Assembly (NCBI GenBank): GCA_945900735.1
Contig: CAMDJX010000002.1
Span: forward strand, 964 to 64,963
From: Acidimicrobium ferrooxidans DSM 10331
Lineage (GTDB): Bacteria; Actinomycetota; Acidimicrobiia; Acidimicrobiales; Ilumatobacteraceae
Reading direction: 5' to 3'
DNA: 64,000 nt
In this document: positions 27,942 through 37,246 of the stretch, piece by piece
How the letters are laid out: every line of letters starts with the position of its first letter
Position numbering within the stretch: the stretch's first letter is position 1
Made by a program: the position numbers and the translations under genes
Notes under the pieces: model-generated
Told to the model about the DNA's origin: nothing
Database searches by the model: none
Seen by the model: the letters and a program-made list of their open reading frames with translations, nothing else

Positions 27942-28559
27942 TTACGGAATATCGTTTTCGTTAAACGGTTCGCGCTCTAGTTCGTCGTCGGCTTCTTGTG
28001 GCGTTGGCCTTGGCGCAGAAAATGTGTCGTCCATTCCGAAGGCCCTGCTCATCATTTTGCCCTTAGGGCGAAGAATGCCGCCTAGGTCATCGGTGTGATC
28101 GAAAGAAGGTTTCCATTGCATGGCCTGAGTTTCCTCTAAGCCATCGTCTCGAACTTCCCACTCATTAGCTTGCACGGGAGCTGGTGCAGGCGGAGTTGGA
28201 GCAGGTGCGGGCGGAGTTGGAGCAGGCTCCTGCGCAACTTCACGATCAAATAATTTTGGACGCACCGCATCTCCACGCGATTTACGCCGCTGGCCCGCAG
28301 CAGGAGTGACATCACGCTTCACCTTTACGGGCGGTGGTGGCCTGAACAAGCGTGGCACGCTTTCGCGCCGATCATCAATCGACCATCCTCTCGGCACACT
28401 CAACCTGTCGGCATGCTTCATGCACAAACAGTTGCGACGCTCGTTTCCAACTTGTGCATAGTTCTCGAGCGTTACCAAAAGAGCCTGAGCGTTCATCGAA
28501 TACTCAACTGTGGCAATCTCTCGGCACAGTGGGCGCTCACAATGTTGGGGCACCCTCAA
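27942..28559 (-). CDS. DUF3499 domain protein (actinobacterial)
   Basis: The N-terminal C..PLC...LC.KHADRL..PRGW pattern is characteristic of DUF3499. The C-terminus is Pro/Ala-rich and low-complexity. Confidence 0.7.
   Translation of the reverse strand: MRVPQHCERPLCREIATVEYSMNAQALLVTLENYAQVGNERRNCLCMKHADRLSVPRGWSIDDRRESVPRLFRPPPPVKVKRDVTPAAGQRRKSRGDAVRPKLFDREVAQEPAPTPPAPAPTPPAPAPVQANEWEVRDDGLEETQAMQWKPSFDHTDDLGGILRPKGKMMSRAFGMDDTFSAPRPTPQEADDELEREPFNENDIP
28183..28224. repeat. Two tandem 21-nt units (1 mismatch) inside the DUF3499 gene
   Basis: ggtgcaggcggagttggagca / ggtgcgggcggagttggagca encode the duplicated PAPTPPA stretch. Confidence 0.85.
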
Positions 28560-28572
28560 AGACTAACCCTCG

Positions 28573-28645
28573 TGGGCGATATGGGCCTCGATCCCACGAC
28601 TTCCACGATGTGAACGTGGCGCTCTTCCGACTGAGCTAACCGCCC
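28573..28645 (-). tRNA. tRNA-Val (anticodon CAC)
   Basis: The reverse complement folds as a 73-nt cloverleaf: acceptor GGGCGGT/ATCGCCC, anticodon arm CCACG-TTCACAT-CGTGG. No CCA is encoded. The T-loop reads ATCGAGG, so position 54 is A rather than T. Confidence 0.78.
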
Positions 28646-28671
28646 GAGGCTGATTAGGTTACACGCCCCCG

Positions 28672-29229
28672 CTATTTGGGTACAACGCAGGCAGTGCCCA
28701 TTCCCTGCCGATCGCGGAATGACTCCTGATCGGATGGGCACGCCATATCGAAACCAACCAATTGGCTCACGACTCCATAATGCTCAAGCGCGCAGTCCAC
28801 TTCGCTTACCGCGCTGTTTTCGTCGACAACAACGCACGAACCGCTCTGCAACAAACCATCTGGCCCGCTCACCACGGCGGGGCCGCTTAGTGCATTGAGC
28901 ACCAGCACCACAACGACACCAATAACTATAAACGTGAGTACCATACGCCACGGAAACTGCGCGTGCTCGTATTGAGGTTGCGGCTGAGTAGGGATACTTG
29001 CAGAAGTGGTTGCGCCCATTGCCTTGCGAGAAATGTCGTACAACTTTCGCAACTCGCTATCCGACAACACCGACCAGGCCTCCGAGATTGCCGCCATCTC
29101 GGAAGATGCGGTGTCGCTCAAAGTGGTTGCCGTGTCGGGATGCACGCGACGAACAGCATTGCGGTAGGCATCGCGGATCTGAGTATCGGTAGCGGTTTCG
29201 GCAACGCCGAGAACTTGGTAATACGTCAT
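28672..29229 (-). CDS. J-domain (DnaJ-like) membrane protein
   Basis: The N-terminal YYQVLGV...IRDAYRNAVRRVHPD includes the HPD tripeptide. It has one TM helix and a C-terminal 4-Cys domain. Confidence 0.75.
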   Translation of the reverse strand: MTYYQVLGVAETATDTQIRDAYRNAVRRVHPDTATTLSDTASSEMAAISEAWSVLSDSELRKLYDISRKAMGATTSASIPTQPQPQYEHAQFPWRMVLTFIVIGVVVVLVLNALSGPAVVSGPDGLLQSGSCVVVDENSAVSEVDCALEHYGVVSQLVGFDMACPSDQESFRDRQGMGTACVVPK

Positions 29230-29230
29230 A

Positions 29231-30157
29231 TCAGTAGCCCAATGTAGGGTCGACCACGCCCATCAATGGCTGTCCTGCAGCATACAATTTCACGTTTGCA
29301 GTAATTCGTTGCCCAAACAGCGCAGGAACCATGTCGGCGGTATTGCCAACGTGAGGCGTAATCACGCAATTATCGAACGACCACAACGGATGACCTTGCG
29401 GTAGTGGTTCTGGGTCGGTGACATCAAGAGCAGCACCGCCAATGATGTTGTTTTCGAGGGCCCAGACAAGCGCATCGGTATCGATGTGTTTGCCGCGACC
29501 CACATTCACTATCCATGCGTGTGGCGACATGGCTTCAAGTTCTGGCCTACCAATCATCGCCGTAGTTTCTTGCGTCAATGCCATTGCCATCACCACGGCA
29601 TCCGCATTGGCTAGAGCATCCACCAAATGTTCGGAATCCACAACTGTCGCGACACCGCGCATCGGTTGAATATGTCTGCGAACAACAGTGATGTGACAAT
29701 CGAACGGCTGCAGCATGTCGATGATCGTTTGGGCAATGCCACCACCACCGAGAACGGTGACTCGGCTGCCAATGATGGTTCGACCAGCATCTTCCGACCA
29801 CTGGTGCTTACGGGCGTAACCATAGGTGTAGCGCATTCCGCCAAGCAACAAAGCAATGGCAAGTTCGGCCACCGGGCCCGAATAGACACCGCCTTTGGCA
29901 CTCGTCCAGAGGCGATCATCCGAAATGTATGGCAGATACTCCTCGATTCCGGCATAAGGAAGCTGCACCCACTCGATGTTTGGGTGTTTGCCGAGTACTT
30001 CGCCGAGCAAGCCCGACTGCTGATAATCGACCCAAATCAATCCGTTGGCATCGGCAATGTCGACGACCTCGCAGCCGCCAGCAACTACCGCGTCGGATGC
30101 CCAGCCTGGCGAACCTGGTGGACCAACTGCGATACGCGCAGTGCGCGGCGAATTCAT
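29231..30157 (-). CDS. D-isomer-specific 2-hydroxyacid dehydrogenase family protein
   Basis: 308 aa with an NAD-binding VLGGGGIAQ motif and a catalytic R/E/H-type C-terminal block (ITPHVG). Confidence 0.8.
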   Translation of the reverse strand: MNSPRTARIAVGPPGSPGWASDAVVAGGCEVVDIADANGLIWVDYQQSGLLGEVLGKHPNIEWVQLPYAGIEEYLPYISDDRLWTSAKGGVYSGPVAELAIALLLGGMRYTYGYARKHQWSEDAGRTIIGSRVTVLGGGGIAQTIIDMLQPFDCHITVVRRHIQPMRGVATVVDSEHLVDALANADAVVMAMALTQETTAMIGRPELEAMSPHAWIVNVGRGKHIDTDALVWALENNIIGGAALDVTDPEPLPQGHPLWSFDNCVITPHVGNTADMVPALFGQRITANVKLYAAGQPLMGVVDPTLGY

Positions 30158-31002
30158 GCCGATTTGGTGAGACTGCGGCGCTTCGGCTTTGCAGCAGATG
30201 TTTTTGCTGCTTCCTTGCGCATGCCCGCAATGGTTCCAGACAATAAAACCGCAACGCTGATGAAGAGGATCATGCTGGCAAGCACATTGATCTGAGGAGG
30301 GATACGCACGCGGGCGGCTCCGTAGATTTGCAACGGGAACGTGACCACGTTGCCAGAGTTGAAGAACGTAATGATGAAGTCATCGATGGACAGAGCAAAA
30401 GCCAGGAGTGAAGCGGCCAGGATGCCGGGCAGGATGAGCGGCAACGTCACCTTCATGAAGGTGCGCAAAGGTGAGGCACCAAGGTCTTGCGCGGCTTGCT
30501 CGAGCGTCCAGTCGAAACCTCTGATTCGGGCGCGAACTGTGAGGGCAACGAAACTGACTTGGAACATGATGTGGGCAATGACGATGGTGGTAAATCCGAA
30601 GTCGATGAAGTTTTGACCAAGGAACAACGTTGCCAGCGACGAGCCCAACACAATCTCTGGTGTTGTTAGCGGCAAGACGAGGAACAGGTTGATTCCGCCA
30701 CTGCCCCGAAACTTGTAGCGAGAGAGTGCAACTGCAATGAGCGAGCCGAGCACTGTTGAAATGAGTGTTGAAACGGCCGCTATTTCCAAGCTGACACGCA
30801 GCGCGTGCGTGAGCGATTTTTCGGCAAACGGATGCATCCAGTTTTCAAAGGTGAATTCTTGCCAAGCGATATTGAAGTTGCCCTTAGGTTTGTTGAAACT
30901 AAACGCAACAATGAAAAAGATTGGCGTGAAGAGGTACAGAAGCCCGAGACCAGCAAAGATATTGAGCGCCCAACGCCCCATCTTGCTGCGTGTGCGCATC
31001 AT
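30154..31002 (-). CDS. ABC transporter permease (PotC-like)
   Basis: 282 aa, polytopic, with an EAA-type loop (EQAAQDLGASPLRTF). It has 4-nt overlaps with both neighbours. Confidence 0.85.
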   Translation of the reverse strand: MMRTRSKMGRWALNIFAGLGLLYLFTPIFFIVAFSFNKPKGNFNIAWQEFTFENWMHPFAEKSLTHALRVSLEIAAVSTLISTVLGSLIAVALSRYKFRGSGGINLFLVLPLTTPEIVLGSSLATLFLGQNFIDFGFTTIVIAHIMFQVSFVALTVRARIRGFDWTLEQAAQDLGASPLRTFMKVTLPLILPGILAASLLAFALSIDDFIITFFNSGNVVTFPLQIYGAARVRIPPQINVLASMILFISVAVLLSGTIAGMRKEAAKTSAAKPKRRSLTKSA

Positions 31003-32069
31003 GCCAAATCCTCTGTGCCGAAGATTTTGGTGTAGATGAGCACCAAGGATGCGATGCTGAACATCAGTACCGCGGACATTGCAGAGGCAACTGGATAATT
31101 GTTTTGCTTCAAGAACTGATCTTGAATTGAGTTACCAATCATTGTGGTGTTTGGATTACCAAGAAACTGAGCGTTCACAAAGTCGCCTGCTGCTGGAATA
31201 AAGGTAAGCAACGTGCCTGCAAAGACACCTGGGATAGATAGTGGAAGCACCACTTTCCTAAACGCACGGGTGGCGCTCGAATACAAGTCGCCTGCGGCAT
31301 TAACGAGGTTGGTGTCGATCTTTTCCAAGCTCACATAAATCGGTAGCAACATAAACGGCAAGAAATTGTAAGTTAGCCCGCCAATAACCGCTGCTGGAGT
31401 ATTCAGCAGTTTGCCGTTATCCATGATGTGCATCCACTCAAGCGCCTGGACCAAACCCACTTTGTCGAATGCGCGAACAACGAAACCTCGGTCGGCCAAG
31501 ATGGTCGACCACGCGATTGTGCGAATGAGGTAACTGGTAAAGAATGGAATAATCACCATGCCAAGCAGGATGTTCTTGTACTTGCCGCCACGGAATGCAA
31601 TGACGTAAGCAAGCGGATACCCAATCAACACCGTAAGCACGGTGGCGATCGCCGCATATACGAACGCATGTTGAAACTGTGTACCAAAGTCTTTAAAAGC
31701 ATTGGAATAGTTCTGGAAAGCCCATGTGAAGTTGTAGTCAACGGAGAATCTGCTGGGCTTTGTGGAAAGCGAGATGCGGAGCAAACTCCAAACCGGCGCA
31801 AGGAAGAACAATGCAAGCCACAACATTCCGGGCTTCAACAGCCCATACGGCGCAAGCAACCTTCTCGCTTCAGGGCCGCCTCGAAGGGCCAAAACCAAAA
31901 CCCCGATGAGCACAAGCAACAGCAACAGCAGCACTAATGACGAAGCAGCGCCGCTTACCCATTTGGCACCAAGTGCTACTAAGCACAATGCGGCAACGAG
32001 CATGGCCCCCAGACCAACGCGATCGGCATTTGTGCCGATGCGCTTTGAAACGGAGACCCCCGTTGTCAT
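30999..32069 (-). CDS. ABC transporter permease (PotB-like)
   Basis: 356 aa, polytopic, with the EAA loop NAAGDLYSSATRAF. Confidence 0.85.
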   Translation of the reverse strand: MTTGVSVSKRIGTNADRVGLGAMLVAALCLVALGAKWVSGAASSLVLLLLLLVLIGVLVLALRGGPEARRLLAPYGLLKPGMLWLALFFLAPVWSLLRISLSTKPSRFSVDYNFTWAFQNYSNAFKDFGTQFQHAFVYAAIATVLTVLIGYPLAYVIAFRGGKYKNILLGMVIIPFFTSYLIRTIAWSTILADRGFVVRAFDKVGLVQALEWMHIMDNGKLLNTPAAVIGGLTYNFLPFMLLPIYVSLEKIDTNLVNAAGDLYSSATRAFRKVVLPLSIPGVFAGTLLTFIPAAGDFVNAQFLGNPNTTMIGNSIQDQFLKQNNYPVASAMSAVLMFSIASLVLIYTKIFGTEDLA

Positions 32070-32095
32070 GTTGTCGTCAGCGCCCTAGTCGGTGC

Positions 32096-33253
32096 TTACG
32101 CGCCGGTGATTGCCGAGAACTCCTCGTCAAACTTGGCTTCAACGTCCTCTGTCAACGTGGCAAATGCGCGCAAGCGTCCGCTTGTTGCATCATCTGGGAA
32201 GAGCAACTGATTGTCGGCAAGTTCTGGGTTGATTTTTGCGAGTTCCTCGCGAACGCCCTTCACCGGCGACAAGTACTGCACGTATTGAGTGATCAACGCT
32301 GCCTGCACTGGGTCGTAACAGAAGTTCATCCACTTCGCCGCGTTGGCTGAATTTTTTGCGCCCTTTGGCAACATCATTACGTCGGCCCAGCGCGTGCCAC
32401 CCTCTTCGGGAATAACAAATCGAACGTTGGGGCTGTCCTTACCAAGTTGCAACACGTCGCCCGACCAACCCACGCAAGCAGCGAAGTTGCCGCTCACCAA
32501 ATCGTCGGTGTAGTCGTTGCCAGTGAACTGACGAATCTGACCATCGGCTTTTGCCTTGGCAAGTTTTTCGAATGCTGGTGCTGCATCATCGAACGATGCG
32601 ATGGTGGACGGATCGATGCCCAAGCCCATCGCGATCAAGCCGATGGTGTCGCGCATTTCGGTGAGCATTCCGATCTTGCCCTTGAACTCTGGATCGAACA
32701 GATCTTCAACGCTCTTCAACTCGCGGCCCGTTACATCAATGTTGTACGCAATGCCAGCCATACCTGCTTGCCACGGCATGCTGTACTCACCTGTTGGGTC
32801 CCACGGTGGATTTACAAAACCGTCCGTAATGTTTGCCATGTTCGGAATGTCGGCAAGTGGCAACTTGTCGGCCCAACCGAGGCTGATGAGTCGTCCTGTC
32901 ATCCAGAAGGTTGGGGCAATGATGTCGGCTTCAATGGTTTTGCCATTACCGAGTAGCGGTTGAATCTTGGCGAAATACTCGTTGTTGTCGTTGTAGCCCT
33001 CGGAGTAGTTCATGGTGATGCCAGTTGCTTCGGCGAAGCGATCAACTGTTCCCAATGAAGTTCCCTCGGTTGGGTCGATGTAGAGCGGCCAGTTGTCAAA
33101 CGACACCGTGGTCGACTCTGAAGCGCCTGTGCTATCGCCACCACCGCATGCTGCTAGCAATGCTGGAAGTGAAAGCCCCATCGCGCCTAATGCGCCGGAG
33201 CGAGCCAGAAATTGGCGGCGGGTCATGTTGCTAGATACTGGGCGGTTGTTCAT
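32096..33253 (-). CDS. Polyamine-type (PotD/PotF-like) ABC substrate-binding lipoprotein
   Basis: It has the Tat motif RRQFL plus the lipobox LLAAC. The family resemblance is to spermidine/putrescine binding proteins. Confidence 0.8.
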   Translation of the reverse strand: MNNRPVSSNMTRRQFLARSGALGAMGLSLPALLAACGGGDSTGASESTTVSFDNWPLYIDPTEGTSLGTVDRFAEATGITMNYSEGYNDNNEYFAKIQPLLGNGKTIEADIIAPTFWMTGRLISLGWADKLPLADIPNMANITDGFVNPPWDPTGEYSMPWQAGMAGIAYNIDVTGRELKSVEDLFDPEFKGKIGMLTEMRDTIGLIAMGLGIDPSTIASFDDAAPAFEKLAKAKADGQIRQFTGNDYTDDLVSGNFAACVGWSGDVLQLGKDSPNVRFVIPEEGGTRWADVMMLPKGAKNSANAAKWMNFCYDPVQAALITQYVQYLSPVKGVREELAKINPELADNQLLFPDDATSGRLRAFATLTEDVEAKFDEEFSAITGA

Positions 33254-33285
33254 GATTCTCCCCTTCGTTGGTTACTGCTGAGATC

Positions 33286-34440
33286 TTAGAGCGTTGACTC
33301 GATGTGATCGATGTCGGTTGTCGTCGCGCCAGCCTTATCGGGCCAACCCGCAAGCACGAAGCCACATTCGCTCTCCCACGTCATGGCGATGCGCTTGCCA
33401 GGGGCGATCTGCGGCATGCTCGCCGAAGAATCGGCCAAGCAGGTCATCTCCGTTCCGTCGTCGAGACGCACGATGAGCCGAGCCGTTGCACCTTGGAACA
33501 CCAGATCGGTTAGCAAACCTTCGATGCCTCGGCCTTCCACTTCAACAGTGGCGGCTGGCTTAATACGCTCGGGCCTCAGCATGACGGAGACCTTGTCGCC
33601 CACAGAGAAAGGCGCGCCTTTCGCCGACGCACGAACTGTTGTACCCACTCGCAACTTGACGACGACGTCGTCCCCATCGCGCGACTGGACTATGCCCGGC
33701 AATAAGTTGGCCGAACCGATAAACCCCGCAACGAACAGAGACGAAGGGGTGCGATAGATCTCTTCTGGTGTGCCGATCTGCTCGACATGGCCTTGGCTCA
33801 TGACCGCGATGCGATCGCTCATGGTCAGCGCTTCGCCCTGGTCGTGCGTGACGAAGATAAAACTGATTCCTACTTCTCGTTGAATACGTTTCAGTTCGAT
33901 CTGCATTGCTTCGCGAAGCTTCAAATCGAGTGCCGCCAACGGTTCGTCCAACAACAACGCACTTGGGTAATTGACGAGTGCGCGTGCAAGAGCAACACGC
34001 TGCTGCTGGCCGCCCGATAGTTGAGTTGGTTTTCTGTTTGCAAATTCGGCAAGGCGCACGATCTCCAACATCTCCATCACGCTTGTCTTGATCTTCTTTT
34101 CGTCAATCTTCTTGCTTCGAGGGCCAAATGCAACGTTGTCGAAAACGGTCATGTGCGGGAAAAGTGCGTATTGCTGGAAAACCGTATTTACGTTTCGCTT
34201 GTATGGAGGTATAGACGAAACGTCCACACCGTCGAGCATGACCCGGCCAGAGGTTGGCTGCTCGAAGCCAGCAATCATTTTGAGCGTTGTGGTCTTGCCG
34301 CAACCCGAGGGACCAAGCATGGCGAAGAACTCGCCCGTAGCAATAGAGAAATTGGCATCATGAACAGCGACAAAGTCGCCGTACGTCTTAGAAATGTGAT
34401 CGAGCTCGATCACATTTTTTGTAATTGCCGATTCCCCCAT
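33286..34440 (-). CDS. ABC transporter ATP-binding protein (PotA-like)
   Basis: Walker A GPSGCGKTT, signature LSGGQQQRVA, Walker B LLLDEP, and a C-terminal TOBE-like domain. Confidence 0.9.
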   Translation of the reverse strand: MGESAITKNVIELDHISKTYGDFVAVHDANFSIATGEFFAMLGPSGCGKTTTLKMIAGFEQPTSGRVMLDGVDVSSIPPYKRNVNTVFQQYALFPHMTVFDNVAFGPRSKKIDEKKIKTSVMEMLEIVRLAEFANRKPTQLSGGQQQRVALARALVNYPSALLLDEPLAALDLKLREAMQIELKRIQREVGISFIFVTHDQGEALTMSDRIAVMSQGHVEQIGTPEEIYRTPSSLFVAGFIGSANLLPGIVQSRDGDDVVVKLRVGTTVRASAKGAPFSVGDKVSVMLRPERIKPAATVEVEGRGIEGLLTDLVFQGATARLIVRLDDGTEMTCLADSSASMPQIAPGKRIAMTWESECGFVLAGWPDKAGATTTDIDHIESTL

Positions 34441-34452
34441 GGTGCTCCCCGC

Positions 34453-35877
34453 CTAGCTATTGAGATTGATCATCACGTGCTTGATGCGCGTGTAGTCATC
34501 GAGCGCGTATGCCGACAAATCTTTGCCGTAACCCGACTTCTTGTAACCACCGTGCGGCATTTCGGCCACCATCGGGATGTGAGTGTTGACCCAAACACAA
34601 CCGAAGTCGAGATTCTTGGTCATGCGCATTGCACGGCCTAAGTCCCGGGTCCATACCGATGAGGCGAGTGCAAATTCCACACCGTTAGCCCACTTCAAGG
34701 CTTCGGCTTCATCGGAGAACTTCTGCACGGTAATCACCGGAGCAAACATTTCGTCTTGAATCATCTCGTCGTTCTGCTTCAAGTCGCATACAACAGTCGG
34801 TTCGAAGAAATATCCATCGCTACCAATTTGCGAACCACCAGTGGTGATCTTTGCGTGCTTTGGTACACGATCGATAAAGCCCTTTACTTTGCTCAAGTGC
34901 GAGCCGTTATTGAGTGGCCCGTACAGCACGTCGTCGCCAGGCTTGCCTGTTTTGGTTTTCTTTGCAGCTTCGGTAAGTGCATCAACAAAGTCGCCGTAAA
35001 TTTTCGGCCCGGCAATAACACGTGTAGCTGCGGTGCAGTCTTGTCCGGCATTGAAATATCCAGTCATTGCAATGGTTTCAACAGCAAGTTCGATATCGGC
35101 ATCGTCGAAGATGACGACCGGGGCCTTACCACCCAGTTCGAGGTGAACACGCTTGAGGCTTTTTGCAGCATCTCCGGCAACTTCCATACCTGCACGAACC
35201 GAGCCCGTGATTGAAACCATGCCCGGTGTTTCGTGCACAACCATGCTTCGACCAGTGTCGCGATCGCCACAGATGACGTTGAGCACGCCTGGAGGCAATA
35301 CCTCACCAAGCAATTTTGCAATCAATGCTGTTGATGCGGGAGTTGTGTCACTTGGCTTAAGCACTGTTGTGTTGCCTGCAGCGATTGCGGGAATGAATTT
35401 CCAAACTCCCATCATCAACGGGTAGTTCCATGGCGCCACTTGCGCACAGACGCCGATTGGCTCGCGGCGAATGTACGAAGTAAAGCCCGACATGTATTCG
35501 CCTGCACTCTTGCCTTCGAGCATGCGCGCAGCACCTGCGAAGAAACGGATTTGGTCCATCATCGGCGGAACTTCTTCGCTGAACGTGATGGCTCGTGGCT
35601 TGCCCGTGTTTTCGATTTCGGTTTCAATCAACTCATTCATGTTGGCTTCCATGACGTCGGCAATGTCATTAATTGCCTTCTGGCGCACCGAAGGGGTGCT
35701 GTTTTTCCACGAGTCGAACGCGTCTGCCGCGGCCTTCATAGCGGAGTCGACATCTGCAGGCCCCGACAACGCTGCGGTGGCATATTGTTTGCCGGTTACC
35801 GGGTCGATCACTGGGGTTGTGCGGCCATCCTGGGCGGACACTTCTTTACCGTTGATGAAGTTATTGAACGATTTCAT
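34453..35877 (-). CDS. NAD-dependent aldehyde dehydrogenase, gamma-aminobutyraldehyde dehydrogenase (PatD)-like
   Basis: 474 aa with ELGGKAP and the catalytic Cys block NAGQDCTAATR, as in PatD/YdcW-type enzymes. It is the first gene of the transporter operon. Confidence 0.78.
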   Translation of the reverse strand: MKSFNNFINGKEVSAQDGRTTPVIDPVTGKQYATAALSGPADVDSAMKAAADAFDSWKNSTPSVRQKAINDIADVMEANMNELIETEIENTGKPRAITFSEEVPPMMDQIRFFAGAARMLEGKSAGEYMSGFTSYIRREPIGVCAQVAPWNYPLMMGVWKFIPAIAAGNTTVLKPSDTTPASTALIAKLLGEVLPPGVLNVICGDRDTGRSMVVHETPGMVSITGSVRAGMEVAGDAAKSLKRVHLELGGKAPVVIFDDADIELAVETIAMTGYFNAGQDCTAATRVIAGPKIYGDFVDALTEAAKKTKTGKPGDDVLYGPLNNGSHLSKVKGFIDRVPKHAKITTGGSQIGSDGYFFEPTVVCDLKQNDEMIQDEMFAPVITVQKFSDEAEALKWANGVEFALASSVWTRDLGRAMRMTKNLDFGCVWVNTHIPMVAEMPHGGYKKSGYGKDLSAYALDDYTRIKHVMINLNS

Positions 35878-35919
35878 AGTGCAACACTAACCAGTCTCCA
35901 CATGGGCTAGACAAGATAC

Positions 35920-37050
35920 ATGCAACCAGCCATTTCGAGCGTCGGGGTGCCGAAAGAAGTGAAGACGCTAGAAGGACGCGTATCCCTCACCCCGGACGGT
36001 GTGAGGGAATTTGAACGTCTGGGGGTTCAGGTATTTGTTGAGACAAATGCGGGCGAAGGCGCGTCCATCACCGACGCCGAATACATGGCCGCTGGGGCCA
36101 CCATCGTGCCGACCGCCGCAGATGCTTGGAGCCAACAGATGGTTGTCAAGGTGAAGGAGCCCAAGACAGAAGAGTTTGCATTTCTACGGCCCGACCTGAC
36201 GCTTTTCACATACCTGCATTTGTCGGCCTACCCGCAGGTTGCGGCCGCTCTGCAGAAAGCTAAGACCACATCGATCGCTTATGAAACCGTGCAGATGGAT
36301 GATGGCTCGCTTCCACTTCTTGCACCGATGAGTGAAATTGCAGGCCGACTTGCGACACAAGCGGGAGCACGTTTCTTGGAACGCCCCCAAGGCGGCCGCG
36401 GCGTATTGATGGGCGGCGCACCAGGTGTAAAGCCCGCGAAGGTCGTCGTTATTGGCGCGGGCAATGTTGGCTATAACGCCGCGTGGATTGCCGCCGGAAT
36501 GCAAGCAGAAGTGGTGATCCTTGACAAGAATCTCGATCGACTGCGATACATCGAACAGATTTGTATTGGACGCACCACAACACTTGCGTCGAATCGAGGC
36601 GCAGTCGAGCGCTCACTAATCGAAGCCGACCTTGTTATTGGTGCGGTTCTGATTGCGGGAGCAAAAGCCCCGATTGTGGTGAGCGAAGACATGGTCAAGA
36701 CGATGAAACCTGGCTCGGTCATTGTTGACGTTGCCGTGGATCAAGGTGGCTGCATCGAAACCACACATGAAACAACGCACACCGACCCTGTCTATGTAAC
36801 TCACGGCGTTGTGCACTACGCGGTGGGAAATATGCCGGGGGCTGTACCCAACACCAGCACGTATGCCCTCACTAACGCCACACTGCCCTATCAAATCGAG
36901 ATCGCTCGATACGGAACCCGCGATGCGGCGATTCGCAACAACGCAATCAGGCTTGGCGTAAATACGGTCGGTGGTGCGATAACGAGCGAAGCGGTCGCGA
37001 ACGAACTACAAGCAAAATATGTTGATGCGCTCGTTGCCTTACAGGGCTAG
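35920..37050 (+). CDS. ald: Alanine dehydrogenase
   Basis: 376 aa with the VGVPKEVKTLEGRVSLTP N-terminus and NAD motif VIGAGNVG. The exact start is uncertain. Confidence 0.9.
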   Translation: MQPAISSVGVPKEVKTLEGRVSLTPDGVREFERLGVQVFVETNAGEGASITDAEYMAAGATIVPTAADAWSQQMVVKVKEPKTEEFAFLRPDLTLFTYLHLSAYPQVAAALQKAKTTSIAYETVQMDDGSLPLLAPMSEIAGRLATQAGARFLERPQGGRGVLMGGAPGVKPAKVVVIGAGNVGYNAAWIAAGMQAEVVILDKNLDRLRYIEQICIGRTTTLASNRGAVERSLIEADLVIGAVLIAGAKAPIVVSEDMVKTMKPGSVIVDVAVDQGGCIETTHETTHTDPVYVTHGVVHYAVGNMPGAVPNTSTYALTNATLPYQIEIARYGTRDAAIRNNAIRLGVNTVGGAITSEAVANELQAKYVDALVALQG

Positions 37051-37073
37051 TCGCAACACGAATCACGCCAACC

Positions 37074-37101
37074 GCACGACGCACATTTGTAGTGCGCGTG
37101 C
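37074..37101 (+). terminator. Strong hairpin after ald (possible U-tract-less terminator)
   Basis: GCACGaCGCAC-ATTTGTA-GTGCGCGTGC forms 10 bp with one bulge, 24 nt after the ald stop. There is no T-run. Confidence 0.35.
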
Positions 37102-37246
37102 TCTGGGTGCAATGAAGAGCCGCAATGTGGGCACTCGCTAAAAATGCCGCGCCGAGAATCGCATGCATCTGGCTGGCTGGTTGTATCGTGATGCGGTAAT
37201 TCTTGTTGGGCTGTTTGCTTCATTGCCGACAGTCTTGCCTATTTCT

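Noticed and set aside
28183-28224. Short tandem repeat as a possible CRISPR or minisatellite
   Set aside because: There are only two adjacent 21-nt units with no spacers. They are in frame within the DUF3499 gene and encode a duplicated Pro/Ala-rich heptapeptide.
37154-37203. Imperfect inverted repeat (AGAATCGCAT ... ATGCGgtaATTCT) and the track's ATG at 37163 upstream of the MFS gene
   Set aside because: The arms are interrupted and weak. The 37163 start adds a non-conserved hydrophobic leader, whereas the ATG at 37247 precedes the typical MFS N-terminus. It is not strong enough to report.
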